Below are positions 14,278 through 27,587 of a stretch of DNA of 64,000 bases, one piece after another. The position numbers were made by a program, and so were the translations under genes. Source of the stretch: the human T2T-CHM13v2.0 reference genome, Homo sapiens; the NCBI RefSeq assembly GCF_009914755.1, contig NC_060931.1. One strand, given 5' to 3'. The first letter of the stretch is position 1. Each line of letters begins with the position of its first letter. A model generated the notes under the pieces. It worked only from the letters and a program-made list of their open reading frames with translations, made no database searches and was not told the DNA's origin.

Positions 14278-15335
14278 CAATCAACAAAGTAAACAGGCAA
14301 CCTACAGAATGGGAGAAAATATTTGCAAACTATGCATTTGACAAAGGTCTAATATCCAGATTTTAAAAGAAACTTAAACAAATTGACAAGCAAAAAACAA
14401 ACATTACAAAGCAGGCAAAGGACATGAAGAGACACTTCTCAAAAGAAAACATACATGCAGCCAAAAAAAATATGAAAAAAATGCTCAATATTACTAATCA
14501 TTAGAGATATGCAAATCAAAACCACAATGAGATGCCATCAAAGAAATACCATAAAATATGAGTGAGATACCAATAAGAATCTTTATTCCAGAGATATACA
14601 CTATCTACCTGCACATACCATACCACCAGTTAGAATGGCTATTATTAAAAAGTTAAAAAAAAATATGTTGGTGAGGTTGCTAAGAAAAGGGAACACTTAG
14701 ACACTGCTAGTGGGAATGTAAATTAGTTCAGCCATTGTAGAAAGCAGTGTGGTGATTTGTCAAAGAACTTAAAATAGAATTACCATTCAACCCAGCAATC
14801 TCATTATTGGGTAAACTCAAAGGAATATAAATCATTCTACCATAAAGACACATGCACATATATGATAATCACTATTCACTGTATCAAAGACATGGAATCA
14901 ATCTAAATGCCCATCAACAGTAGACTGGTTAAAGAAACTGTGGTACATATACATCATGGAATATTATGCAGCTATAAAAAGAATGAGATCATGTCTTTGC
15001 AGCAAGATGGATGGAGCCGGAGGCCATTATCCTAAGCAAATTAACACAAGAACAGAAAACCAAATACCACATGTTCTCACTTATAAGTGGAAGCAAAACA
15101 CTGAGTACAAATGAATACAAAGAAGGGAACAACAGATAACAGGCCTACTTGAGGGTGGAGAGTGGCAGAGGGGAGAGGATCACAAAACTACCAATCAGGT
15201 ATTATGCTTATTACCCGAGTGATGAAACAATCTGTACCCCAACCCCTCGTGATGTACAATTTACCTACACAAAAACCCTGCATATGTACCCCTGAACCTA
15301 AAATAAAAGTTAAGACAAAAGAAATTTGAAGGAAA
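14278..15335 (+). mobile_element. 5'-truncated LINE-1 3' end (L1PA15/16-like)
   Basis: AACAGGCAACCTACAGAATGGGAGAAAATATTTGCAAAC...CATATGTACCCCTGAACCTAAAATAAAAGTT. Confidence 0.9.
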
Positions 15336-15691
15336 AATAAGTATTTTGAAAAAAATTATCTTAAAAGTTTAGGTTCGCAAAATCTTCAGTCTTTAATTCC
15401 TCTTAATATGTTCCATAGATTAAATGACCCATGGCTTTTTTCTGATGTACTTTTGAACAATGTGAAGAAAATTACAGGAATTTATATATTCAGAAATATA
15501 TTCATCAATTTCATACATACTAAAAAGGAAGACAGAAAACATACCAATGAGATATTTTTATAGGATTTAAAAAAATTTATGGAATAAAGATGAAATAAGA
15601 AATAATTTAAATTTCAGTTTAACACTAAAAGAATTATAATCTCTGTGTGGCCTGAAAAGATATTTTAGTTTGTATATTTCTTTCCATTCTC

Positions 15692-16138
15692 TGATCGAGT
15701 TCAGGACATATTACTCTAAAATATGGCATTTTGGCATTCAAGGAAGCAGCAGCAGAAGTTTATTCTCACTTTCTTCTCGCTACTCTCCCGTAAAGCAGGC
15801 TATAAGAGAATTATCTGAATCTGAAGTAGGTCATAGAACCTTTATTCCAGAGGTGTCCACCCTCTACCCACACATAAGGAACGTATGAAGAAACAGGCTA
15901 GCCAAATTCCCCTCAGTTTATTACCATACCCTCTTCTTTTCCAATCACACGTCTGCATTACAGTCCATAAAAATATTCAGGTTTCCCTCTTTCTTACCAT
16001 GTTGATTTGTGAAGTCTCTCATGTCACGTAAAACTTGTGTTAAATACATCTGTATTCTTTTCACTTGTTAATCTGTTTTTTGATAGACGAGTCTTGAGCA
16101 TGAATTTGTGATGGGTAAAAGATCTTTTTTCTCCTACA
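15692..16138 (+). mobile_element. MER39/MER34-like solo LTR
   Basis: TG...CA termini: TGATCGAGTTCAGGACATATTACTCTAAAATATGGCA ... TTTTCTCCTACA. Confidence 0.7.
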
Positions 16139-18842
16139 TTTCAAAAATACATAAAAAATCAAACTGCAAGTCTTTGAGGAGCATCTTGCAGAACTGTAGG
16201 CACAAGGGCACTGGTGCCTAGAAAGATTTCAAGCGTGTGATTCAAATTCATTTCTATATTCAGCGTATATTATAATGTAAAACTGTAGAATCTGTTTTTC
16301 TCTTCTGACTTATTTTTTCATTCTTCCACAATTTGCTGAATGTGCATTTCTATGTATCGAACAACTGTCATGATCAAATTATCCTTGCTCCTATCTCCCA
16401 CTATGTCTAACTATTCTAGAGGAATGTGTCCCTGTGGGTACACTAGTAAGGCCAATTACTTCTTGAATTGCTTTACTCACTTCTGATATAATTTATGAAT
16501 ATGTTGCTCTCTATAATTCCTTCATAAAGTCAAGAATAGTAATATAATGGAAGCATCTGAAATTATCTGAAGTGCATATTTAATTCTCCTACCATTTATG
16601 CATTATTTAATTAAAATAGCATTTTTGCATATCATCAAGTTTATTTTAATATAGACATTTATCTCACATGCAACCTAAAGAATCTTAAAAATTCCAATTT
16701 ATTTGCTGTATAAATATGGTGATATTTTATTCATTCAGCACTGTTGGGCATAGATAAATCCATATAAGGAAATTTTCAAACAACTGAATCTTACCGTCTG
16801 TTAAGCATAGACTTTCAGTACTTTGTGTCATTATAAGTCTTTGCTTCTTAGAGTGTCCTCTCCTTTTTTTTTTTTTTTTGGTGGAGCAGGGTGTTTTCTT
16901 CAGACTTCTTGACTGGATTATGAATATTTGAAGTTCCATATACTAACTTCAAGTAAGCGAGATTTTGCTAAAATTTATCTGAATTATCAAAAAGCATCAA
17001 ACGTATAGACAGCCTTTTTGACCTGATAGATTTATCTTACCCTTAAACATATTATTTTAATATCTCTTCTCCTTACCTACACGACTCAAATTATTAAATT
17101 AAGAAATCCAATTTTAAAATAAATATGCATCACCCACCAAAAGTAATTCTAATAAATTCTACACTACGTTTAAAAAAATAAGGTTAAGAATTTAAGACAA
17201 AAGATAGTTCAGCTCTATTAATTTACTTTTTAAATTTTCTTCTTTTAATTTTCTCCTTTTCTCTCCCCTCTTTGTCTTTTTATATTTTTTTCTCTATTTT
17301 TACATAGGATCTGAATGCATGATCAGTGCATTGTTTTTAGGCAGTAGTTATGATAAATTAATATAGACCTTTACTGAATTATAATAAATAATTCATCCAA
17401 ACTCCAAGGGATTCAAACACTTTGCAGCTATAATACTAATGTTGGTAAAAACAAAAATGATTTATTAGTCGTTTATGTTGGTTTATTTAGTGTTGACCTA
17501 TTTGTTTCAATATAATAAGAGATGAACAAAGTCATACCACAAATATCCAAAAGTAAAAAATAAAATAGAATATGATCTAAACCATTTTCAATAAAATACA
17601 AACTTTAATTTCTGATGGACAGTGTGAAATTATTTTTAACTGGGGAGAGAACCATATAATAAAATGCAGAGGACTTACTGGGGAGATTTCTAAATGTAAT
17701 GAATCCTGTGTCAGACACCTCTGGGATTTTTACCTCTCATCATAATTCAACTTGCCTGTGAGCACCTTCAAGACAGAAACTATGTCTTATTCATAAGCTT
17801 ATTCTCAGCATAATTTTTATATTAATTATAACAAATTAGAAAAAATATTATTAATTACTGTAGATGCTTTATACATGTTGAATTAACATACCCAGATATA
17901 TCACTGTGGTCAACTATCTCAATTTAAAAGGTGTAATTCATTATCCAGAATAATTCCTCAGCTTAAAATTAAAGGTGACTGAATGTGGTAGCTAAGTTGA
18001 CATTTCCTCATGAATATTGTCTGCCATGAAGAAATCAAAATTTTAATGAAGAAAGGACAAAAATAAATTGCTCACATAGAGAAATAAGATTGGAGCCTAA
18101 TGGTTTACAGGAAAATGGCCCTGGTGAGTGGAAAAATGTGAATTTTAAGAGAACCAGAGGCAGAATGAGAGACTATCCCTGAAAGCCCAGAAGAGGTAGA
18201 TGTAGAACAAGAACATAAATTTTAAATGGAAAATGGTGATATTACTGACAATGGGTATATAAGTTAATAATGTAAACAGATTTAAAATGAATTAACAATT
18301 ATTATCATGTAAATTCCTAGATGAGAAAATCTTCCTAACATGTATTATATAAAAATAGAACAATGTAATTGTAAAGGTCCTTGATGCCAATTTCAGAGAT
18401 AAATTGTTGTACTGTTTCTTCATCTATCACCTGGCAGTTTTTATGTTTCTATGCAAAGAATATTTTAGTGTTTCTTAGAGGTGTTATTTATAAAGTTGAA
18501 AATCACATCTCAGAATTAAGAATAATCTTATCTTTTAAAAAATATCATTTAATTAATCAGCACTACCATCTGAATGTCTGCTGGATACTTAATCCTGTGT
18601 AACCAAGAGTTCCAAGTAATGGTACCTGACTTTGATCAACTTATTTTTTCATGATTCTTGATAGAGTTATCTTTAACTTAAATATTTCTGGCTATTAACA
18701 GTTAACCTAGTGTATCAGTCTGGATCCCAATAAGATGGTACATTCAAACAGAACTCAGAGAAGGCTTATTTAAAAGAACTAACTACAAAAGTAAAAGAGT
18801 AAGGGAATCAGCAGTTACCTGCAGCATAACAGTCCTTACGAC

Positions 18843-20271
18843 TGAGAGGTGACAGAGTGCTGGCAGTCCTCACAGCCCTCGCTCCGTCTCGCGGCCTCCT
18901 CTGCCTGAGCTCCTACTTTGGCGGCACTTGAGAAGCCCTTCAGCCCACCGCTGCACTGTGGGAGCCCCTTTCTAGGCTGGCCAAGGCCAGAGCCGGCTCC
19001 CTCAGCTTGCAGGGAGGTGTGGAGGGAGAGGCGCTAGTGGGAACCGGGGCTGCGCGCAGCGCTTGCTGGCCAGCTGGAGTTCCGGGTGGGCGTGGGCTTG
19101 GCGGGCCCCGCACTCGGAGCAGCCGGCCGGCCTTGCCGGCCCCAGGCAATGAGGGGCTTAGCACCCGGGCAAGTGGCGGCGGAGGGTGTACTGGGTCCCC
19201 AAGAAGTGCCAGCCCACCGGCGCTGTGCTCGATTTCTCACCGGGGCCTTAGCTGCTTTCCCGCGGGGCAGGGCTCGGGACCTGCAGCCCACCATGCCTGA
19301 GCCTCCCACCGCCTCCATGGGCTCCTGTGCGGCCCAAGCCTCCCCGATGAGCGCTGCCCTCTGCCCCATGGCGCCCGGTCCCATCGACCACCCAAGGGCT
19401 GAGGAGTGCGGGCGCACGGCGCGGGACCGGCAGGCAGCTCCACCTGCAGCCCCGGTGCGGGATCCACTGGGTGAAGCCAGTTGGGCTGCTGAGTCTGGTG
19501 GGGCCTTGGAGAACCTTTATGTCTAGCTCAGGGATTGTAAATACACCAATCGGCACTCTGTATCTAGCTCAAGGTTTGTAAACACACCAATCAGCACCCT
19601 GTGTCTTGCTCAGGGTTTGTGAATGCACCAATCGACACTCTATCTAGCTACTCTGGTGGGGCCTTGGAGAACCTTTGTGTCAGCACTCTGTACCTAACTA
19701 ATTTGGTGGGGAGGTGGAGAACCTTTGTGTCTAGTTCAGGGATTGTAAACGCACCAATCAGCGCCCTGTCAAAACAGACCACTGGGCTCTACCAATCCGC
19801 AGGACGTGGGTGGGGCCAGATAAGAGAATAAAAGCAGGCTGCCCGAGCCAACAGTGGCAACCCGCTCGGGTCGCTTTTCAGATTGTGGAGGCTTTGTCGT
19901 TTTGCTCTTTGCAATAAATGTTGCTACTGCTCGCTCTTTGGGTCCACGCTGCTTTTACAAGCTGTAACTCTCACCGCGAAGGTCTGCCGCTTCACTCCTG
20001 AAGCCAGCGAGACCACAAGCTCACCGGGAGGACCGAACAACTCCAGACGCGCCACCTTAAGAGCTGTAACAGTCACCGTGGAGGTCCGCAGCTTCACTCC
20101 TGAGCCAGCGAGACCACAAACCCACCAGAAGGATGAAACTCCTAACACGTCCGAACATCAGAAGGAACAAATTCCAGACGAGCCACCTTAAAAGCTGTAG
20201 CACTCACCGCGAGGGTCTGCGGCTTAATTCTTGAAGTCAGTGAGACCAAGAACCCACCAATTCCGGACACA
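18843..20271 (+). mobile_element. LTR12C (ERV9) solo LTR
   Basis: TGAGAGGTGACAG...AATTCCGGACACA termini; GC/CpG-rich U3; CCAAT tandem repeats; 4-bp TSD CGAC/CAAC (CpG decay). Confidence 0.97.
19520..19870 (+). promoter_or_regulatory. ERV9 LTR enhancer/promoter: NF-Y CCAAT repeats, GATA site, AATAAA TATA-like box
   Basis: Five CCAAT motifs between ~19546 and 19796, AGATAA, AATAAA at 19827-19832; established LTR12 promoter architecture. Confidence 0.75.
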
Positions 20272-21039
20272 CAACTGTTCTCTAGGCCAGAAAGAATAAG
20301 GAAGGAAGGTGTCTGAAGAACTTACAGAGAGAGAGTTGTGTAAAGCTGGCCATTTTGAAAGAGGTAGTGGCATTTGACTAAGGGACATGGCCAGCTCAGT
20401 GTGACTGTCAGCAGCAGAAATCAGGGAAATATATGTTGTCATCTCTTTCTCCCCTCTACCTTGGATCTTCTGTGTGGTTTGGCTGAAACCAATGGAAAGC
20501 AGATTTCTTATTTTTCAGCCTCTTGGTGTAGAAAGCAGAATGGAGAAGGGTACAAAGCAGAGAGTACAGCTCACCCATTTTGCCCCTTACCATCTACTCA
20601 TATCCTTTGCCTGCTTGAGAACACTTCCCTATCATAGCAGATGCACAAAAAATCATCGTCTCATCAGCCTCACTGTAATTGTGGAGTCCTGGAATAACTC
20701 CAGTCATATTCCCACTTGAAACTTTAAGTTTCACTGGTACTTTTTGTAAGGTGGGGAGGGAAAAAAGAAGTGCTTTGAAAACATTAAACATAGCTGCTGC
20801 AGTCTCCACATGCTTTTCTGTTCACGAGGTACAATAAAATATTCATAAAATAAGGATGAAATAAGAAATGTTTTATATTTTAAGTTAACATTGTTTCTTC
20901 CATGTTACCTTAACAACTCTCCTTCTCAAACTGTTATTTCATAGACATTCTGAGAGCAAATTGATCAGGGGGCAGACTCATCTCCCTCTCCATTAGAAAC
21001 CTGATTTTGTTTATTTGGAATATTACTCTTCCACTAAGA

Positions 21040-21655
21040 CTGGTCCAAGTCTACCAATTGTGAGAAGATGAAGAAATTTTTTTTCAATTATATATAAACT
21101 TCAGTAATAACAGTACTCACATCACCATCTTGACTTCTGTACTCTACTCATGGAGAGAGTGGCAATATATATTGGTTGCAGCTTCAAAAGATGTACCAGA
21201 TCTGGCAAATTTATGCCCAGCCTCATGGTGTATTGTCTCCTAGCTGAGATCATACGTGAGTAGACTATTTCATTGCTCTATCAAGATGGCTGCTTCTACA
21301 TGATGAGTAATGATGAAAGACAAGTTTCTGTAGATGTGAGATTACTAACACACTTTCTTTGCCATGAACTGCGTCTCCAGGTGGAATACAATATTGTGTA
21401 AAATATCCAGGATAAGCATTTTGTCAAGTGACTAATTAACAGTGGTTCTTACATAATCTTTTTTTGTAGGAAAGACAAATCTATACCTATGCTCCTGTAT
21501 TTTCTTGATAGGACAAAAAGATTCTTCAATCTATGGAAGGGGTACAGTGAAATCAGTGGACCCCTAGGTTGGTTCACCTAGGAGATGATACAGTTCGGGA
21601 GATGACCACTGACCTCTGGTGTTACATTTTGGACACAGCAGTAAAGGTAGCTGGA
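21040..21655 (-). mobile_element. Degenerate ERVL-type internal fragment
   Basis: Weak recalled similarity to antisense ERVL internal sequence; lies beside ERVL-class LTR pieces. Confidence 0.35.
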
Positions 21656-21659
21656 TAAA

Positions 21660-21905
21660 TAATTGTTTTATTTATCAATTGCTGTGTAACAGGTTACCCC
21701 GAAGTTTAGTGGCTACAACAATAATAAACATTTTGTATCTCTTTCCATTTTCATGGTTCAGAAATTCTGTCTCAGGGTCTCTAATGGAGTTGCCATCAAA
21801 TGTTGGCCATTACTCCAATCACCTAAAGATTTGTTTGGAGATAGAGAATCCACTCCCAAGTTGGCTCACTCACATAGCTGTTGGCAGGAGCCTCATTTCT
21901 CCATG
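21660..21905 (-). mobile_element. MLT1-type MaLR LTR fragment
   Basis: ATTGCTGTGTAACAGGTTACCCCGAAGTTTAGTGGCTACAACAATAATAAACATTT and TGGCTCACTCACATAGCTGTTGGCAGGAG. Confidence 0.7.
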
Positions 21906-23199
21906 ATTTTAGGGTGAGTTTAGGGTTGCTTTTAATTTAGGACTAGTTTCGCCTGACTAGAAAGACAGACCTTCTGTGGTCTTTACTGAATTTCCATGAT
22001 GTCCAATGTGGCCTCTTTATTCTGGCTGTTCAGAATCTCAAGTTCTCTTAGCCCTGTGCATGATCAGGAACTTGTTCAGTGTATAGCCTCCTGGTAGTTC
22101 TTTACTCAGCATAGCAGAGAATCATTATACATGTGTCCTTTATTTTTTGTCAAGGGGAATCCCATGCAGGTTTCTGGAGCTCTTTTTTCATGTGGCTCCT
22201 CCTTTGCTGATATTATGCACCAGAAATTTCATCTCCTGCAGTCTCCCTGCACTCTAATCGTTTATGCCTCAACCCAGCAAGAGACGTATGCTCTACTTGG
22301 GTTTCTCCCAAACCCCAGCCCATTCTACTGTCCAAAAAGTTTCTCAAAAAACTAAGGCAAAGGGAAGATTAATTTCATTAGGTTTTTTCTCTCAAGGACT
22401 AGAGTCCTGGATTGCCCTTCTCCAATGTCTAAAGTGTGGTTTAATATATTTTGCCATTTTTATTTATTTATGTCAGCTGGCACATTTGATACTAGAAAAT
22501 CCATCATAATCAAAACGGCATTAGAGATCTCATAGCTGTGTGGAACAAATTAGCACAATTTTCCTCTTTTTCTTAATAGTAGAAATTTTTATTTTATTTG
22601 AGATGTAATTGTTCCCATGGTATCTTTAAAATTCTATAAAATGACTTTTTTTCAAGGTAGTACTTTCAAAGCATTTCATTTTTTACTTACTTTTTAAAAA
22701 TTATTCTATTTTACCTTGAGTCGCTTTGAATTATTTCATTTTCCCAGAAATTATTTCATGTTTGATGTTTTATTCAAATTTGTATGATTTTGAATAATAT
22801 CCTTTGGGTTTTGTTAAAATTGTTTCTCTACTGTTTAGTATACACTATTTCTACTTTTGTGTATTGGCATTTTCTTATTTTTGTTAATTTGATTGACACC
22901 ACTTAGCAGGGTGTCTCAAATTTCACTAAGGAAATTGAACAGTTTTTCACTTTTTAAACTATCTTTGTAGGTTAGCATCTGTAAATTTCTCCATTTGCCT
23001 ATATTGTTACTACATTTGTTCTCTTTCTGTATGATTATTTGATTGTTGATTTCATATTTCCTTATACTAAATGTGAGTAAATTATTTTTGTTCTTTTTTT
23101 ACCTATGAAACTTTTTTCCTGTCTAAAGATTCATCTATATTTTAGGCAAGTATTTATTGATAATATCAATTGTTTTTAGTTTTGTATTACTATATTTTT

Positions 23200-23510
23200 T
23201 ATTATTACTTATTATTATTTTTCTTTAATACAGAGTCTTGCTCTGTCGCCCAGGCTCGCGTATAGTGACAAGATCATGGTTCACTGCAGCCTTGACCTCA
23301 TGGGCTCAAGCAGTCCTTCTGCCTCAGCCTCACAAGTAACAAGGACTACAGGTACATGCCACCATGCTAACCTAATAATTTCTTATTTTTTCTGTTTATA
23401 TGGAATTTCCCCATATTGCCCAGGCTGATCTCAAACTCCAGGGCTCAAGTGATTCACCCACCTCGGCCTCCCAAAGTGCTGGGATTACAGGTGTGAGCCA
23501 CGAGGCCTGG
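23200..23510 (-). mobile_element. AluJ-type SINE
   Basis: GTCTTGCTCTGTCGCCCAGGC, ATCATGGTTCACTGCAGCCTTGACC, CTCGGCCTCCCAAAGTGCTGGGATTACAGG. Confidence 0.95.
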
Positions 23511-25039
23511 ACTGTTTTAATTTCTGCTTTATCTTTTTGGTGGGAGAGTGTCTGCTTTCTTGGGATTTATTTTGTTTCTATTCTACATTCATTAAGTGAT
23601 TAAATTGTTCATTTATATTCATTATTTTTAAAAGCATTTTTATTATGTGTTTCTCTTTTCACCCGTATCTTTCAAGTTTTTATATACACTGACTTTAGTA
23701 TTCATTTCTAAGCTCTTATGTAGCTAACATTATGTTTCTTTCCATTTGGCAAAGCAGTGATATTCAGGTTGACCCAAGTCACTTTTCAAGAAACCACTGT
23801 GTAGATTGATCATGGTTTTCTAGAATCTATCCTAAAAAAAGTCATAGATTATCCTTAGTTTAATTACTTTGCAGGCAAATATTGATCTCAGATATAATTT
23901 GAAGTTCTATTTTTTATTCTTAATGTTAAGAAAATATCAGACTTAGACACTAGGCTGTCTTAATGTTATTCTAATTTAATATTTTTGCTTATGTCGATCT
24001 TTTTATCTGTGGGCTTCCTAAATATCCCTTTATTTCTTTCATTATTGCTTCATCTCCATTTTCTCTGTTTGCTTCTTCTACAATTGTTAAGTTCATTGGT
24101 TCACTTGATCTTGTCACTCATCCTTTAATTGTTTAATATTTTTTCTATTTATCCCTTTCCTCCTATTTCTTAAAAATTGCTTTAGTTTGTCTCCTACTTT
24201 ATTTATTACACTTTACTAAGTATCCGATGCTCTATTCACTGCACATACATTGAAGATATTATTATTCATTTTATGATTGTTTCTTCCATTTGAAAGCCAT
24301 GTAAATATATGTATATTTCACGTTGTTCCTAATAGCTTGATTTCATCCAGTTTACTATCCTCTTGATGCACAATGAGAATGTGGACAAAAGATATTGTAA
24401 CTTTTTTATTTATACAAAACCGATTTGATATTAAAAGGGCCAAAGGGAAACATACAGATTAAACTAACCTTTGTCACGTCTACAAATAAATATTATATAA
24501 ATGTTTATTCTGATTTATTTAATACTTGTGAGAAAATACTAATTTCCTCTTAAGGAAATTTGCAAATAAAAGGAGATTTGTGTTACAAAATATGGTTAGT
24601 GGTCAAAGTACAGTTATGGGTTTTAGAATAAGTGCAAAATTGTTCCACTTTCTATAATTGCTGTAAAATCCTCAGCAAAATTCTTTAATTTTTCCAAACA
24701 GAAAATATTGCGGGAAGCATTCATAAGAACTTAATACTTTGATGAAAAAGTTATTTCCAGCACTATATTATATTATTTTGTTTCAGAATTTTAGCAGACC
24801 ATTACAACAGTTTTTATCTGATTACTACCATGGGTATTTTTCAAAAAATATCAGCTGAGGACATTTTTCTTGAGAGTGGCATTTACTGGAACTAATTTGT
24901 AATTCCAAAGCCTTACAAATGTTGTAGAAACTTTTCAGTTCCTAATTACAGTGGAAGATCATAAAAGGCTGTTTCCAATAGCTTACATATTTCTTTTTAC
25001 CTAAAATATTATAAATACGAATGTATCTATTATTTAGGT

Positions 25040-25235
25040 CTTATTTAGAAATTACAATGTATCACGCACTATTCTAAGAGTTTATACATGTTAGTTTATT
25101 TGATATTCTAACAGCCATATGAAGTAGTTACTATTATTTTTCTTATTTTATATATGAGGAATTTATAATTCCAGAGATACTAACTTGACAAAGTTTACAT
25201 AGCTATGAAACTGATGTTCATATATAGAAAGGTAT
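25040..25235 (-). mobile_element. MIR
   Basis: AACAGCCATATGAAGTAGTTACTATTATT...TTTTATATATGAGGAA...TAACTTGACAAAGTTTACATAGCTA. Confidence 0.65.
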
Positions 25236-25364
25236 TTTAATTTGGTCTTATTGCCTGTCACCCTGCTAAATTCTGTTATTTCTAATAATTTATCCATAAA
25301 TTTAACTGAATTTCCCATATATACAATGAATCATACCATGTGAGAAAAAAATAACTTATTTCCT

Positions 25365-26090
25365 GTATTTTTATTAAAAAATAAAAATTGTATATATTTA
25401 TTATGTACAATACATTGCTTTGAAATATGTATATATTATGGAATGGCTAAATTGAGCTAATCAACATATTCATTACCTCATTTACTTACCTTTTTTTTGG
25501 TGAGAACACTTAAAATCTACTCTTAGGAATTTTAAAGAATATATTACATTTTTATTAACTTGATTCACCATATTGAAAAGTAGATCTCTTGAATTTATTC
25601 CTTTTAAGTCATATTTCGTATCCTTTGACTAACATCTGCCTGCCTCCCCCACCATCACAAGTCCCTAGTAACCACCCTTCTCTCTATGAGTCCAATTCTT
25701 TTCATTTCCACATATAAGTGAAATTATATGGTGCCACTCTTTTTGTGCCTGGCTTATTTCACTTTACATAATGTCCTCCAGGTCCATTCATGTTGTCACA
25801 AATGGCAGGATTTCTTTCTTGTTATAGCTGAATAGTATTTCGTTGTTTGTATATATTCCACATTTTCTTTATCCATTTATGTGTTGTTGGATACTTGATT
25901 TTCTTTCGTATCTTGTATATTGTAAACAGTGTTGAAATGAACACGAGAGTGCAGATATTTCTTTGATACACTGATATAATTTCTTTAAATATCTAACCAG
26001 TAGTGGGATTGCTGTATCGTATGGCAGTTCTATTTTTAATTATTTGAGAAATCTTTATGCAGTTTCCATAGTGGCTGTACTAATTTAAGT
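25365..26090 (-). mobile_element. L1MA-type 3' end
   Basis: GGAATGGCTAAATTGAGCTAATCAACATA...GTGAGAACACTTAAAATCTACTCTTAG; CTGGCTTATTTCACTT. Confidence 0.85.
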
Positions 26091-27238
26091 GTTCTATCAT
26101 TTTAAAACCTTACGTTTTTATGCAGCCTTATAACAATAATTGTTTGAACTTATTGATAATTGATTTACGAGCTTAAATTGTGATCATTGTTTTTGTAAAT
26201 GCGTCTTTTCCTGAGAGTGACTTGTATTGTTTAATTGTGGGGCAGAAATCTTCATCTTGCCATTATATTATGCTTATTATTTGTGATGTTGTCTTAGCAC
26301 CTCAGAAAAAAATTTACCTTGGTGTGTTTTTTTCTTTTCAAATCTTGTGCGTTATGTTTTCTATATAATAGAAATTCATTGACATTTATTGATAATTGAT
26401 TCACTGCCTATAATGTGCTTATTTAAAAACTGTTCTATATTTGGTAGAGAACAAATTGTATTCTCTTGTTTGGGTACAGAATTCCAGATCTCACCCACTA
26501 GGCCATGCTTGTTAACTGTGTTGTTCATATATTTTCTATCTTTACCAATTTTTTAACTGTTTTATCTATCAATAGTTAAAAACATGAATTGAAATCTTCT
26601 ACTATAGGAATAGATGTGTAAAGTTTCTCCCTATTGTTTTATCAATATTTCTATTAATATATTTTGAGGCTAGTTTATTAATGTATGCCTGTTTTCCTCA
26701 TGAGCATTTTGCAGCGAAATTATCTAATCCTAAGGATTCTTTTTGTCTTAAAATTTATTCCCTCTTAAAAGACATATTTTTGCTGGGTAAAAAAGTTTTG
26801 ATTTCTAATTGTTTTCTTATAATACTGTAGAGATATTATTTTAGTCTTTTGGTTTCATTTATTGCTGTGAGAAGTCTTCCCTTGGTGTAATTTATGTTTC
26901 TTTGCAATGACTGGTCTTTACTCTCCAGATTTTTTTTTCTTTTCCTTAATTTTTTTTTTAATTTTGGTGCACTGCAACTGCTATATCATGTGACTAAGTA
27001 TGTAATATTTATTGTGCTTATTAGCTTCTTATATCTGTAGATTCAGGTTTGACATTACTCCTGAAATGTTGTCAGTCATATTTCTTTAAATATTTCCTCC
27101 TCTCTATTTCTACGGTTTTTTCCACTAAACTCCACTCGCATTATTTTATCTTCAATATTTTTAAACTTCTCATTTATATTTGTCTTCTGGCTTATCTATA
27201 CTGCATATTTCTTCCAATTTTCTAATATCTGTTCATAG

Positions 27239-27506
27239 TGTTTTTTGTTTGTTTGTTTGTTTGTTTGAGACAGAGCCTTGCTCTGTCACCCAGGCTTGAG
27301 TGCCATGGTGCAATCTTGGCTCAATGCAGCCTCTGCCTGCTGGGTTCAAGAGATTCTTGTACCTCAGCCTCCAGACTAGCTAGAACTACAGGCACCTGCC
27401 TCCACGCCAGGCTAATTTTTGTAGTTTTAGTAGAGATGTGGTTTCATCATGTTGGCCAGGCTGGTCTCATACTCCTGACCTCAATTGATCCACCCACCTC
27501 AGCCTT
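27239..27506 (-). mobile_element. Alu (S/J), 5'-truncated, (TTTG)n tail
   Basis: TTTGAGACAGAGCCTTGCTCTGTCACCCAGGC...TTTAGTAGAGATG...ACTCCTGACCTC. Confidence 0.95.
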
Positions 27507-27587
27507 CAGGATTTTGAATGTTTTAGGGTTTTTTTTAATCCACCCATGAAATATTTTAAACTAAAATTATTATTTTCTTAGTAATTT

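Larger units (their letters stand above)
18710..20590 (-). mobile_element. Old ERVL-class LTR (LTR41/LTR33-like) split by LTR12C
   Basis: TGTATCAGTCTGGATCCCAA...GATGGTACATTCAAAC start; degenerate continuation after 20275. Confidence 0.4.

Noticed and set aside
18940-19556. Overlapping 70-146 aa ORFs on both strands (mirrored at 47624-48285)
   Set aside because: They lie in the GC-rich U3 of LTR12C, where stops are rare; the same frames recur in both copies because the repeat is shared
19500-19800. Regularly spaced ~40-bp repeats resembling a CRISPR array (also 27630-27910 and 47340-47590)
   Set aside because: These are the known ERV9 LTR CCAAT enhancer repeats; there are no unique spacers or cas genes and the context is eukaryotic
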